A stretch of 64,000 nucleotides of DNA from Candidatus Nealsonbacteria bacterium (GTDB lineage Bacteria; Patescibacteriota; Minisyncoccia; Minisyncoccales; JANBVM01), in assembly GCA_026016225.1 (NCBI GenBank), contig CP061210.1:258000-321999 (forward strand), in the 5' to 3' direction. How positions within the stretch are numbered: the stretch's first letter is position 1; every line of letters begins with the position of its first letter. Positions 55,783-64,000 of the stretch are shown here, piece by piece. The translations under genes and the position numbers were made by a program. Below the pieces are notes generated by a model. It had not been told where the DNA came from and did no database searches. It saw only the letters and a program-made list of their open reading frames with translations.

Positions 55783-56907
55783 ATGGAAAAATTTTTGAGA
55801 AAGCTTTACAAAAAATTTTTAATTTTTGACCAAAATTATTATTTTCGGGATGTTAAAACCTGGTTTGGGGTAGGGGAACTTAAATTAACTAAAAAAATTC
55901 TTAAAAAATTTTATGAAAATTATCAAAAAGTTTCCTTTTTGGAATTTTTAAGTGATGTTAAAGACATAATTTATTCTAAAAATGTTTTTGACTTCATTAT
56001 TAAAAATGCAGAGGATGATTGGGACCTTTGGTGTTATTTGAAATTTTTAGAGAAAGAAAAGATAGTTAAGGTTAAAAAAAATGGTAAAGTTTCAGTTTTT
56101 AAAAAAGATATCTTTAAGATAATACCTCGGCCCCAAAGCGAAAAGGAAATAAAAAGAAAAATTGAAAGAAAATTAAAAACAAAGATTAAAGAAAAAAAAC
56201 CGGTCACCTCTTTATTTAAAAAATTTCAATTCTTTAAGATAAAAGCTGAATGGGACCAGATGCCAATTTCTCAATCCTCAGCCATTTTCCTTGTTAAAAA
56301 AATATTAGAGAGACTACCCTTAAAAGGTAAGTTTTTATTTGTTGGAGACGATGATTTTATTTCAATACTTTTAAGTTTAGCTGAGCCTAAAATAGAATCT
56401 CTTGTTATTGATGCAGACAAAGAGCTGCTTTCCTGTATTGATGAGCTTTCTTTAAAATTTAATTTGAAAATTGAAACCAAGAAGTTTGACGTAAGGAAAC
56501 AAGAACTTTTAGGAGAAAAGTTTATTGGGTTTTTAACAAATCCTATTTATACTGAAGCTGGAGTAAAAGCCTTTGTGAAATTTGGAAAAAACCAATTAAA
56601 TAAAGATGGTGGAATAGGATTTTTGGAGTTAGGGGGTGGAGATATTGGAAATAGATTTTTGTTTTTGCAAGATTTCTTTACTAAAAATAACTTGATTATA
56701 GAAGAGTTGATTGTGAATAAAATTTATTATCCTTACGTTATGCTTCACAAAGAAGACAAGGAAATCACAAAAAGACTTTCTTTAATGATTGATAAAAAAA
56801 TTATTAAAAAATCTCCTAAGTTAGGAGCTGCTTTGTATATTTTTGAGTATCTGCCCTTCAAGCCAAAAAGAGTGAAGTTTAAAAAACCAATATATGCATA
56901 TATTTAA
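55783..56907 (+). CDS. DUF43-type aminopropyltransferase, BpsA-like (branched-chain polyamine synthase candidate)
   Basis: FVGDDDFISILLSL, LVIDADKELL, FDVRK..., TNPIYTEAG resemble the DUF43/BpsA family. Polyamine operon context. Confidence 0.6.
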   Translation: MEKFLRKLYKKFLIFDQNYYFRDVKTWFGVGELKLTKKILKKFYENYQKVSFLEFLSDVKDIIYSKNVFDFIIKNAEDDWDLWCYLKFLEKEKIVKVKKNGKVSVFKKDIFKIIPRPQSEKEIKRKIERKLKTKIKEKKPVTSLFKKFQFFKIKAEWDQMPISQSSAIFLVKKILERLPLKGKFLFVGDDDFISILLSLAEPKIESLVIDADKELLSCIDELSLKFNLKIETKKFDVRKQELLGEKFIGFLTNPIYTEAGVKAFVKFGKNQLNKDGGIGFLELGGGDIGNRFLFLQDFFTKNNLIIEELIVNKIYYPYVMLHKEDKEITKRLSLMIDKKIIKKSPKLGAALYIFEYLPFKPKRVKFKKPIYAYI

Positions 56908-56919
56908 AACGATAAGAGT

Positions 56920-59388
56920 GTGGCAATTTTAAATAAAATTTTTGGAAATGCTAATGAGAAATATTTAAAGAAACTGCAGCCTTTGGTTGATAAAATAAAT
57001 GGCCTCGAAAAAGAATTCGAGGGTTTTTCTAATGAGAAGTTAAAAGAAAAGACAAAAGAATTTAAAGAGAGACTGAGAAAAGGAGAAGCCTTAGATGATT
57101 TATTACCTGAAGCCTTCGCTTTAGTAAGAGAAGCTTCAAAAAGAACTTTAAATCAGAGACATTATGACTGCCAATTAATTGGAGGAATTGTTTTGCATCA
57201 AGGAAAAATTGCTGAAATGAAAACAGGGGAGGGAAAGACATTAGCTGCTACTTTGCCATTGTATTTAAATACCTTAGAAGAAAAGGGATGTCATTTGGTT
57301 ACCGTTAACGATTATTTAGCCAGAAGAGATACTGTTTGGATGGGTCAGATTTATCATGCTTTGGGATTAACTGTTGGTTGTCTAAATCATCAGCAATCTT
57401 TTTTGTATGACCCTGATTACAAAAAACCTGCCGAAGATAAAGAGAAAACAAGAGATGAGCTGGGCGGTTTTTATGTTGTTGAGGATTTCTTAAGACCCTG
57501 TCAAAGAAAAGAAGCTTATTTGGCTGACATCACTTATGGCACAAATAATGAGTTTGGTTTTGATTATTTAAGAGATAATATGGTTTATGAACTGAACCAG
57601 ATGGTTCAGAGAGAGTTTCATTATGCCATTATTGATGAAGTTGATTCAATTTTAATTGATGAAGCAAGAACTCCTTTAATTATTTCAGCTCCTGATATTG
57701 AAAGTTCAAAGTGGTATTTAGAATTTGCCAGAACTATTCCAAAACTTGATAAAGATAAAGATTACAAAATTGATGAAAAAATAAGAGTAGTTACCCTGAC
57801 AGAAGAGGGAATTAATAAAATTGAAAAGATATTAGGATTGAAAAATATTTATCAAGAAAAAGGAGTAAAATATTTGCATTATTTAGAACAGGCTTTAAGA
57901 GCTGAAGCTCTTTTTAGAAAAGACAGAGATTATGTGGTTAAAGATGGAAAAGTTATTATTATTGATGAATTTACCGGCAGATTGATGCCCGGTCGCCGAT
58001 GGTCAGGAGGTTTGCATCAGGCAATTGAGGCAAAAGAGAAAGTAAACGTAAATCCAGAGTCTCTTACTTTAGCTTCCATTACTTTCCAGAACTTATTTAG
58101 AACGTATAAAAAGTTGGCCGGTATGACGGGAACTGCCATTACTTCAGCTGAAGAGTTTGATAAGGTTTATAAATTGGGTGTAGTAATTGTTCCCACCAAC
58201 AAACCATTAATAAGAAAAAAATTACCGGACAGGATATACAAGACAAAGACCGGAAAATTAAAAGCATTAATTGAAGAAATAAAAAAAAGATACTTAAAAG
58301 GCCAGCCGGCTTTAGTGGGAACGAGGTCTGTTGAGAAAAACGAATATTTATCAAAGTTATTGGAAAGAGAGGGGATTCCTCATCAGGTCTTAAATGCAAA
58401 AAACCATCAAAAAGAGGGAGAGATTATTGCCCAGGCCGGAAAATTAAAAACTGTGACAATAGCTACCAATATGGCAGGTAGGGGAGTTGATATAATTTTA
58501 GGAGGCAATCCTCAAAATCCGGAAGAGGCAGAGAATATCAAAAAACTGGGAGGCCTCCATGTTATTGGAACTGAAAGACATGACGCAAGAAGGATTGATA
58601 ATCAGCTTCGGGGAAGGTCAGGGAGACAGGGCGACCCTGGTTCCAGCCAGTTTTTTCTCTCTTTAGAAGATGACTTAATCAGAGTCTTTGGAGGAGAGAA
58701 AATAAAATCTGTAGCTGAAATGTTAAAACTTCCAGAAGACCAACCGATTGAAGCAGGTTTGGTTTCTAAAGCAATTGAAGAGGCACAGTCAAGGATTGAA
58801 GGAATAAATTTTGATATAAGAAAACATGTTTTAGAATATGACGATGTGATGAATAAACACAGAGAGGTTGTTTATAAAAAAAGGAAAGAGACTTTAGAGA
58901 AAGCCCAAGAAGGAGAATTAGACCCTTTGATTTTAGAAATGTTTAACAAAACAGGATATTCCAGGAAAGATTATGAGAAAAAAAAGAAAGAAATTGGAGA
59001 AAAAAATATAAATCTGGTTGAAAAAATTATCTCTTTGAGAATTTTAGATATGTCTTGGATAAACCATTTAGAAAATATGAAGTATTTGAGAGATTCTGTA
59101 AGATTAAGGGCATATGGTAGAAAAGACCCTTTGCTTGAGTATAAAAAGGAGGGTTATAAGATGTTTAAAAAATTATTGTCAGGAATAGAAACAGCTATTG
59201 TCAATACTTTAATGAAAGCAAGTCTTTCTCCTGTTCAAGGTCAAAAGGTTAATACTCAAGCCAGACATAATGTTGAAGCCGGAAAGAAGAAACCTGGAAG
59301 AAATGACCCCTGTCCCTGTGGAAAGGTTAATCCTGAAACTGGCAAACCAATAAAATATAAAAAATGCTGTTATCCTAAATATGGATAA
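56920..59388 (+). CDS. secA: Preprotein translocase ATPase SecA (GTG start)
   Basis: MKTGEGKTL Walker A, DEVDSILIDEARTPLIIS, TNMAGRGVDI, C-terminal Zn finger CPCG...KKCC. Confidence 0.97.
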   Translation: MAILNKIFGNANEKYLKKLQPLVDKINGLEKEFEGFSNEKLKEKTKEFKERLRKGEALDDLLPEAFALVREASKRTLNQRHYDCQLIGGIVLHQGKIAEMKTGEGKTLAATLPLYLNTLEEKGCHLVTVNDYLARRDTVWMGQIYHALGLTVGCLNHQQSFLYDPDYKKPAEDKEKTRDELGGFYVVEDFLRPCQRKEAYLADITYGTNNEFGFDYLRDNMVYELNQMVQREFHYAIIDEVDSILIDEARTPLIISAPDIESSKWYLEFARTIPKLDKDKDYKIDEKIRVVTLTEEGINKIEKILGLKNIYQEKGVKYLHYLEQALRAEALFRKDRDYVVKDGKVIIIDEFTGRLMPGRRWSGGLHQAIEAKEKVNVNPESLTLASITFQNLFRTYKKLAGMTGTAITSAEEFDKVYKLGVVIVPTNKPLIRKKLPDRIYKTKTGKLKALIEEIKKRYLKGQPALVGTRSVEKNEYLSKLLEREGIPHQVLNAKNHQKEGEIIAQAGKLKTVTIATNMAGRGVDIILGGNPQNPEEAENIKKLGGLHVIGTERHDARRIDNQLRGRSGRQGDPGSSQFFLSLEDDLIRVFGGEKIKSVAEMLKLPEDQPIEAGLVSKAIEEAQSRIEGINFDIRKHVLEYDDVMNKHREVVYKKRKETLEKAQEGELDPLILEMFNKTGYSRKDYEKKKKEIGEKNINLVEKIISLRILDMSWINHLENMKYLRDSVRLRAYGRKDPLLEYKKEGYKMFKKLLSGIETAIVNTLMKASLSPVQGQKVNTQARHNVEAGKKKPGRNDPCPCGKVNPETGKPIKYKKCCYPKYG

Positions 59389-59954
59389 GTTAATTTAAGT
59401 AGCTTTTTTACTTTTCTGCTAAGCTTTGTAATATCCTTTCTGTTGCTTAACGTAAGTTTTTTATTTGTAACTAATGTGTGACAATTAGGGCAAAGCACTA
59501 TGAGGTTATCTATAGTATGAATCCCTCCTTGGTGTTTTGGCGTGATATGATGAGTTTCAACATGGATATTATATCCGCATAACTCGCAAGCATTGCCATA
59601 TTTTTTTATCGCTTGTTGCCTAATCCACGCTTTATGTTTTTTAACTTCGCCATATAAGTATTTTTTAATCCCTAATTTTCTTCGGCGGTACTTAACAGTC
59701 CACTGAGTAGCTCCTTGGAATCCCATTTTCTTTAATTCTTTTACAATTTCTTTATCAATCATTTTTTGACAACTTTTGCGAATGAAGTCGTCAACAAGTG
59801 AATGTGGTAATTTCTCCAGTGATTGATAAGCATCCTTTTTCAATTCTGGATACCCATGACGTTTAATTCTCGCTAGATGCATTAGGCAGTAAATTTCTTT
59901 AGTATTTTTATATCTGGTAAATTTCTTACATCCTCTTATTTTACACTTTGGCAT
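59370..59954 (-). CDS. Free-standing HNH endonuclease
   Basis: CELCGYNIHVETHHITPKHQGGIHTIDNLIVLCPNCH; N-terminal Cys/His-rich region. Confidence 0.85.
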   Translation of the reverse strand: MPKCKIRGCKKFTRYKNTKEIYCLMHLARIKRHGYPELKKDAYQSLEKLPHSLVDDFIRKSCQKMIDKEIVKELKKMGFQGATQWTVKYRRRKLGIKKYLYGEVKKHKAWIRQQAIKKYGNACELCGYNIHVETHHITPKHQGGIHTIDNLIVLCPNCHTLVTNKKLTLSNRKDITKLSRKVKKLLKLTYPYLG

Positions 59955-60055
59955 GTTATCTTATTATATAATTTTAAACTCAAAATAGCAACAAACCTTT
60001 TATTTATAGAAATACAAAAGGTGTTGTTAGCTAAAATATGGATAAAAAAATATTT

Positions 60056-60075
60056 AATATTCAATATTGAATATT
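60056..60075. repeat. Perfect 20-bp palindrome AATATTCAATATTGAATATT abutting the ATG at 60076
   Basis: Checked to be its own reverse complement. Confidence 0.9.
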
Positions 60076-60738
60076 ATGTTTTTCATTCCAATTACCATTT
60101 TCATTTTTATTCTTTTTATTTTATCTCTCCCTCTTTTGTTTGTCCTGGGTTATTTTCATATAGTGATGATTGGTTTTGAAAAACTGGGTATTTCGCCTGA
60201 AGCTACTTTATTTATTCTTTTTCTTATTTTGTTTGGTTCTTTAATTAATATTCCTTTGACAAAGAAAAAGATGATTTTGGTAAGAGAACCCCGTTTTTTC
60301 GGTCTTTTTAGTAGACCGAAAATAGAAGCTCATTATGTTGCCATTAATTTTGGGGGAGCTGTAATTCCCCTTTTACTTTCTTTTTATTTTTTACTGCAAG
60401 CTAAAGTTCAAGGATTTGAATTAAGACCTATCTTTATAGCTATTTTCCTGATGACCATTATCTCTAAAATTTTTGCTAAAGTTATTCCAGGAAAAGGAAT
60501 TGTTATGCCTACTTTTATCCCTCCTATTTTTTCAGCCCTTTTTGCTTTAATTTTAGTTCCTGAATTTGCAGCTCCTGTAGCTTTTATTTCCGGAGTGTTA
60601 GGAACTTTAATTGGAGCTGATATTCTAAACTTAAGGAAAATAAAAAGATATGGAGGATATATTTCTATTGGAGGAGCAGGAGTTTTTGATGGAATATTCT
60701 TGGTGGGAATTGTTTCTGCTTTAATATCTGGTTTTTAA
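60076..60738 (+). CDS. Polytopic membrane protein (DUF1614-like)
   Basis: Hydrophobic 220 aa with GGAVIPLLLS, GADILNL and GGAGVFDGIFLVG. Confidence 0.45.
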   Translation: MFFIPITIFIFILFILSLPLLFVLGYFHIVMIGFEKLGISPEATLFILFLILFGSLINIPLTKKKMILVREPRFFGLFSRPKIEAHYVAINFGGAVIPLLLSFYFLLQAKVQGFELRPIFIAIFLMTIISKIFAKVIPGKGIVMPTFIPPIFSALFALILVPEFAAPVAFISGVLGTLIGADILNLRKIKRYGGYISIGGAGVFDGIFLVGIVSALISGF

Positions 60739-60792
60739 ACGAAGGAGGAAACTTGACGAGATTTTTTAGAAATGGTTAAATAAAATAATAAT

Positions 60793-61767
60793 ATGGAAAA
60801 ATTTGATTATCAAAAAATCTGTATAGATTTAATCTCTGGTTTAAAGGAAAGGGAAAAAGAAATTATTTCCCGTCGTTTTGGTCTAAAGGGAAAAGAAAGA
60901 GAAACTTTAGAGTCAGTCGGTAAAAACTTTGGTATTTGCCGGGAGAGGGTTCGCCAAATACAAAAAGTTAGTTTTGGAAAAATAAAACCAAAAACAGAAA
61001 AGTATCAAAAAGTTTTTCGTTATTTTCTTAACCATCTTAAAAATTGGGGAGGCCTAAGAAAAGAAAATGTTTTATTAGAAGAGCTTGGTGGAAAAATAGA
61101 AAATAATGAGGTTTATTTTTTATTAACCCTGCAAGAACCTTTTCAAAGATTTAATAAGAACGACGACTTTTATTCTTTATGGACAATAGATGAAAACCTC
61201 TATCTTTTAGCTAAAAAAGCTATTAATTCTGTTTTTACCCAGCTCAAAAAAATAAACAAACCTTTGCTTTTGGAAAAGTTAAATAAATCTTCTTTAAAAG
61301 AAAAAGCTTTGCTCTCTTATCTTGAGGTATCCAAAAAGATTCAGAAAAATGAGGAAGATTTATACGGCCTTTCAGATTGGCCGGAAATCAATCCCCGGGG
61401 AATAAAGGACAAAGCTTATTTAGTTTTTAAAAAAGCCTGCAAACCTCTTCATTTTAGTGAAGTTTCTAATTTAGTTAAAGATAGCCACGTTCAAACCGTT
61501 CATAATGAATTGATAAAAGACGATAGATTTATTTTAGTGGGCAGGGGAATTTATGCTTTGGCTGAGTGGGGATACTATCCAGGTCAGGTAAAAGATGTAA
61601 TTGTAAAAATTTTACAGGAAGCTGAGGAATCTTTAACAAGAGAAGAGATTTTAGAAAAAGTTTTAAAACAAAGACTAATCAAGAAAAATACCATTTTATT
61701 AAACTTAAGCAATAAACAATATTTTTTAAAAGATTCAGAAGGTAGATATAAAATAAACGAAGCTTAA
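60793..61767 (+). CDS. Sigma-70 region-4-like HTH plus C-terminal HARE-HTH (RpoE-delta-like) domain protein
   Basis: EKEIISRRFGL...TLESVGKNFGICRERVRQIQ; LHFSEV...HNELIKDDRFILVGRGIYALAEWGY. Confidence 0.6.
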   Translation: MEKFDYQKICIDLISGLKEREKEIISRRFGLKGKERETLESVGKNFGICRERVRQIQKVSFGKIKPKTEKYQKVFRYFLNHLKNWGGLRKENVLLEELGGKIENNEVYFLLTLQEPFQRFNKNDDFYSLWTIDENLYLLAKKAINSVFTQLKKINKPLLLEKLNKSSLKEKALLSYLEVSKKIQKNEEDLYGLSDWPEINPRGIKDKAYLVFKKACKPLHFSEVSNLVKDSHVQTVHNELIKDDRFILVGRGIYALAEWGYYPGQVKDVIVKILQEAEESLTREEILEKVLKQRLIKKNTILLNLSNKQYFLKDSEGRYKINEA

Positions 61768-61768
61768 A

Positions 61769-63106
61769 ATGTTCTTTGAGTTTTTGAGTGTGTATAATAC
61801 GGTGATAGAGGGAGTAAAGGGAATATTTTTCGGACCCTTTTTGGAAATTATTAAAAATTGGTGGTGGTTGGTTTTACTTTTTATTTTGGTAAAGCCTTTT
61901 TTATTTTTCTGGCATTGGTGGAGATTTGAGATTTTTTTAAAAAATGTTTTTAAACCAATTTTACTGGAGATTAAGATTCCAAAGGAGATTTCCAAACCAA
62001 TAAGAGCAATGGAGGATGTAATGAACAGTCTTCATAGGGTTGTTTATCATCCTCCCAATTGGTGGGAGGAATGGGTTGAGGGTCAATTTCAAACCTCTAT
62101 CGGACTTGAGATTGTTTCAATTGAAGGGAAAATACGTTTTTTTATCAGGGTTCACGAAGGTTATTTAGACGGCGTAAAGGCTGCTATTTATTCTCAATAT
62201 CCCGATGTTGAAATTACTGAAGTTGATGATTACGCCAAGCTTATTCCTCAAGACATTCCTAATAAGGATTGGGACCTTTGGGGAAGCGACTATAAATTAA
62301 CGAAAGCGGATTGCTACCCAATCTTAACCTATAAGAGTTTTGAGAAGGAGCAGGAGCCGGTTGAAGAAAGAATAGTAGACCCCGTAGCCAGTCTCTTAGA
62401 AGCATTGTCCAGGATAGGACCGGGAGAACAATTTTGGATTCAAATGTCAGCCAAGCCGATGGATCAAGAGAAAGCAGAGGCATGGGTTGAGAAATCAAAG
62501 CTGATAAGAGATAAATTAGCCAAGAGACCTGTGAAAACAGGAGGGCATAAGCCAATGGTGCTTGAGGCAGCTGAGATATTAATTACTGGTAAAGTTCCAG
62601 GAGAGCCAAAAAAGCCAGAGATAGAAATGTTTATACCACCTGAAATGAGAATGACGCCCGGTGAAAGAGAAATAGTAGCTTCAATAGAAGAAAAGATGTC
62701 CAAAGCTTTTTTTTCGACCACGATTAGATTTATTTATCTTGGCAAGAGAGACGTGTTCGTTAAACCAAAACTCAGACTTGCTTTTACCTTTTTTGGTAGT
62801 TTTTATACCCAGAGCCTTAATGGTTTAGTACCCGACGCCAGGACATTAACCAAGATTAAAAAATCCTGGTTTTTACCTCTGAATCTTATCCGTCCCCGGA
62901 GAATGTATTTGAGACAAAGAAAGCTGTTCAGGAATTATGTTAGTAGATTGTCTCCTTTCTTTCCCAGGTCCGGAGGAGATTTTATGCTCAACATTGAAGA
63001 GTTAGCGTCTCTTTTCCATTTCCCATCCTGGCGGGTAGCACCGGTACCCGGGGTTTCCAGGATTGAAGCAAAGAAAAAACCACCGCCAGAATTACCCAAA
63101 GAATAA
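61769..63106 (+). CDS. Membrane-anchored hypothetical protein, partner of the downstream P-loop ATPase
   Basis: N-terminal TM helix (WWWLVLLFILVKPFLFFW) plus a soluble domain. Its stop is 3 nt before the next ATG. Confidence 0.5.
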   Translation: MFFEFLSVYNTVIEGVKGIFFGPFLEIIKNWWWLVLLFILVKPFLFFWHWWRFEIFLKNVFKPILLEIKIPKEISKPIRAMEDVMNSLHRVVYHPPNWWEEWVEGQFQTSIGLEIVSIEGKIRFFIRVHEGYLDGVKAAIYSQYPDVEITEVDDYAKLIPQDIPNKDWDLWGSDYKLTKADCYPILTYKSFEKEQEPVEERIVDPVASLLEALSRIGPGEQFWIQMSAKPMDQEKAEAWVEKSKLIRDKLAKRPVKTGGHKPMVLEAAEILITGKVPGEPKKPEIEMFIPPEMRMTPGEREIVASIEEKMSKAFFSTTIRFIYLGKRDVFVKPKLRLAFTFFGSFYTQSLNGLVPDARTLTKIKKSWFLPLNLIRPRRMYLRQRKLFRNYVSRLSPFFPRSGGDFMLNIEELASLFHFPSWRVAPVPGVSRIEAKKKPPPELPKE

Positions 63107-63109
63107 TCT

Positions 63110-64000
63110 ATGAAAAAAAAAGATATAATTTTTTTTGCTGAAACGACTTTCAGAAGACAGCGCAATAAAGTGGGGATAAAAACAGACGATAGATATCGGC
63201 ATATTTATGTTATTGGAAAAACCGGAATGGGAAAAACGGTGATGTTAGAAAACATGATGATTCAGGATATTCGAGCAGGGAGAGGGGTGGGTATTATTGA
63301 TCCCCATGGAGAAGCTGCAGAGGATATTTTAGATTTTATTCCCAAAAACAGAATTAATGATGTTGTCTACTTTAATCCAGCTGATTTAAATTATCCCATT
63401 GCGTTTAATGTGATGGAAAAAGTGGAGCCAGAATATAGACATCTGGTAGCTTCAGGTTTAATGGAGGTATTTAAGAAGATTTGGCCTGACGTTTGGTCAG
63501 CGAGAATGGAGTATATTTTAGGAAATTCTATCTTAGCTCTTTTAGAATATCCCAATTCAACTCTTTTAGGCGTTAATAGGATGTTGGCTGACCCGGATTT
63601 TCGAGGAAAAATAGTATCAAAAATTAGAGACCCTGTTGTAAAATCCTTCTGGGTAAATGAATTTGCCCGCTATACCCAAAGGTATGAAGTAGAGGCAACG
63701 GCTGCCATTCAAAACAAAATCGGTCAACTTATTTCAAACCCCTTAATTAGAAATATTATAGGTCAGGTAAAATCAAAGATTGATATGAGAAAATTAATGG
63801 ATAAAGGAAAGATTTTGATTGCTAACTTATCAAAGGGGAAAATAGGTGAAGATAACTCAAAACTGTTAGGCGCTCTTTTAGTAACCAAACTGCAATTAGC
63901 TGCAATGTCAAGGGTAGATGTGCCGGAAGAGAAAAGAAAAGAGTTTTTCTTATATGTTGATGAGTTTCAAAATTTTGCTACAGGAGCTTTTGTTAGTATT
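63110..64000 (+). CDS. VirD4/TraD-like (T4SS coupling-protein-type) P-loop ATPase, 5' partial at the window edge
   Basis: My own translation: HIYVIGKTGMGKTVML (Walker A) ... FFLYVDEFQNFA (Walker B-like). Open to position 64000. Confidence 0.7.
   Translation, partial: MKKKDIIFFAETTFRRQRNKVGIKTDDRYRHIYVIGKTGMGKTVMLENMMIQDIRAGRGVGIIDPHGEAAEDILDFIPKNRINDVVYFNPADLNYPIAFNVMEKVEPEYRHLVASGLMEVFKKIWPDVWSARMEYILGNSILALLEYPNSTLLGVNRMLADPDFRGKIVSKIRDPVVKSFWVNEFARYTQRYEVEATAAIQNKIGQLISNPLIRNIIGQVKSKIDMRKLMDKGKILIANLSKGKIGEDNSKLLGALLVTKLQLAAMSRVDVPEEKRKEFFLYVDEFQNFATGAFVSI

Noticed and set aside
1-64000. CRISPR arrays, rRNA genes, IS transposases, integrases
   Set aside because: I saw no regularly spaced repeats of 24-40 nt, no rRNA-like segments, and no DDE, tyrosine or serine recombinase motifs in any listed ORF. 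This was a scan by eye, not an exhaustive search.

Overview
AT-rich, tightly packed bacterial window. The gene content suggests a small-genome, CPR/Patescibacteria-like organism, but that is inference: there is no rRNA or tRNA here to confirm it. From left to right: the ftsA tail and ftsZ; nrdD (with a LAGLIDADG intein) and nrdG; comEC; envelope glycosyltransferase, hydrolase and methyltransferase genes; htrA, clpB and a second protease. Then comes an accessory island (about 15.6-23.3 kb). In it, a giant membrane-anchored protein with two lamin-tail domains and a beta-helix, plus a small partner gene, is bracketed by two NYN (PIN-like RNase) cassettes. One cassette carries an excisionase-type HTH-NYN fusion and the other carries hicBA plus NYN. 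Each cassette is bounded by direct repeats that copy the ends of the central operon: 29 bp of its 3' coding end, and a perfect 76 bp of its promoter region. This island also has the window's longest non-coding stretches, with orphan promoter/UUCG-hairpin units and repeat motifs, and is my best candidate for an undescribed mobile or defence-like module. Downstream lie a TMD-only ABC protein, an HTH regulator, an ECF sigma with an anti-sigma-like protein, a 1138-aa surface protein and a peptidase that share a coiled-coil/PG-binding module. Next is an ~18-kb glycan cluster (GDP-mannose 3,5-epimerase route, several decayed genes), then murB. After that comes an hpf/polyamine operon (an AdoMetDC pair, speE, a DUF43/BpsA-like gene), secA, an HNH endonuclease, and a membrane protein with a VirD4/TraD-like ATPase cut by the window edge. 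No CRISPR array, rRNA or convincing tRNA was seen.
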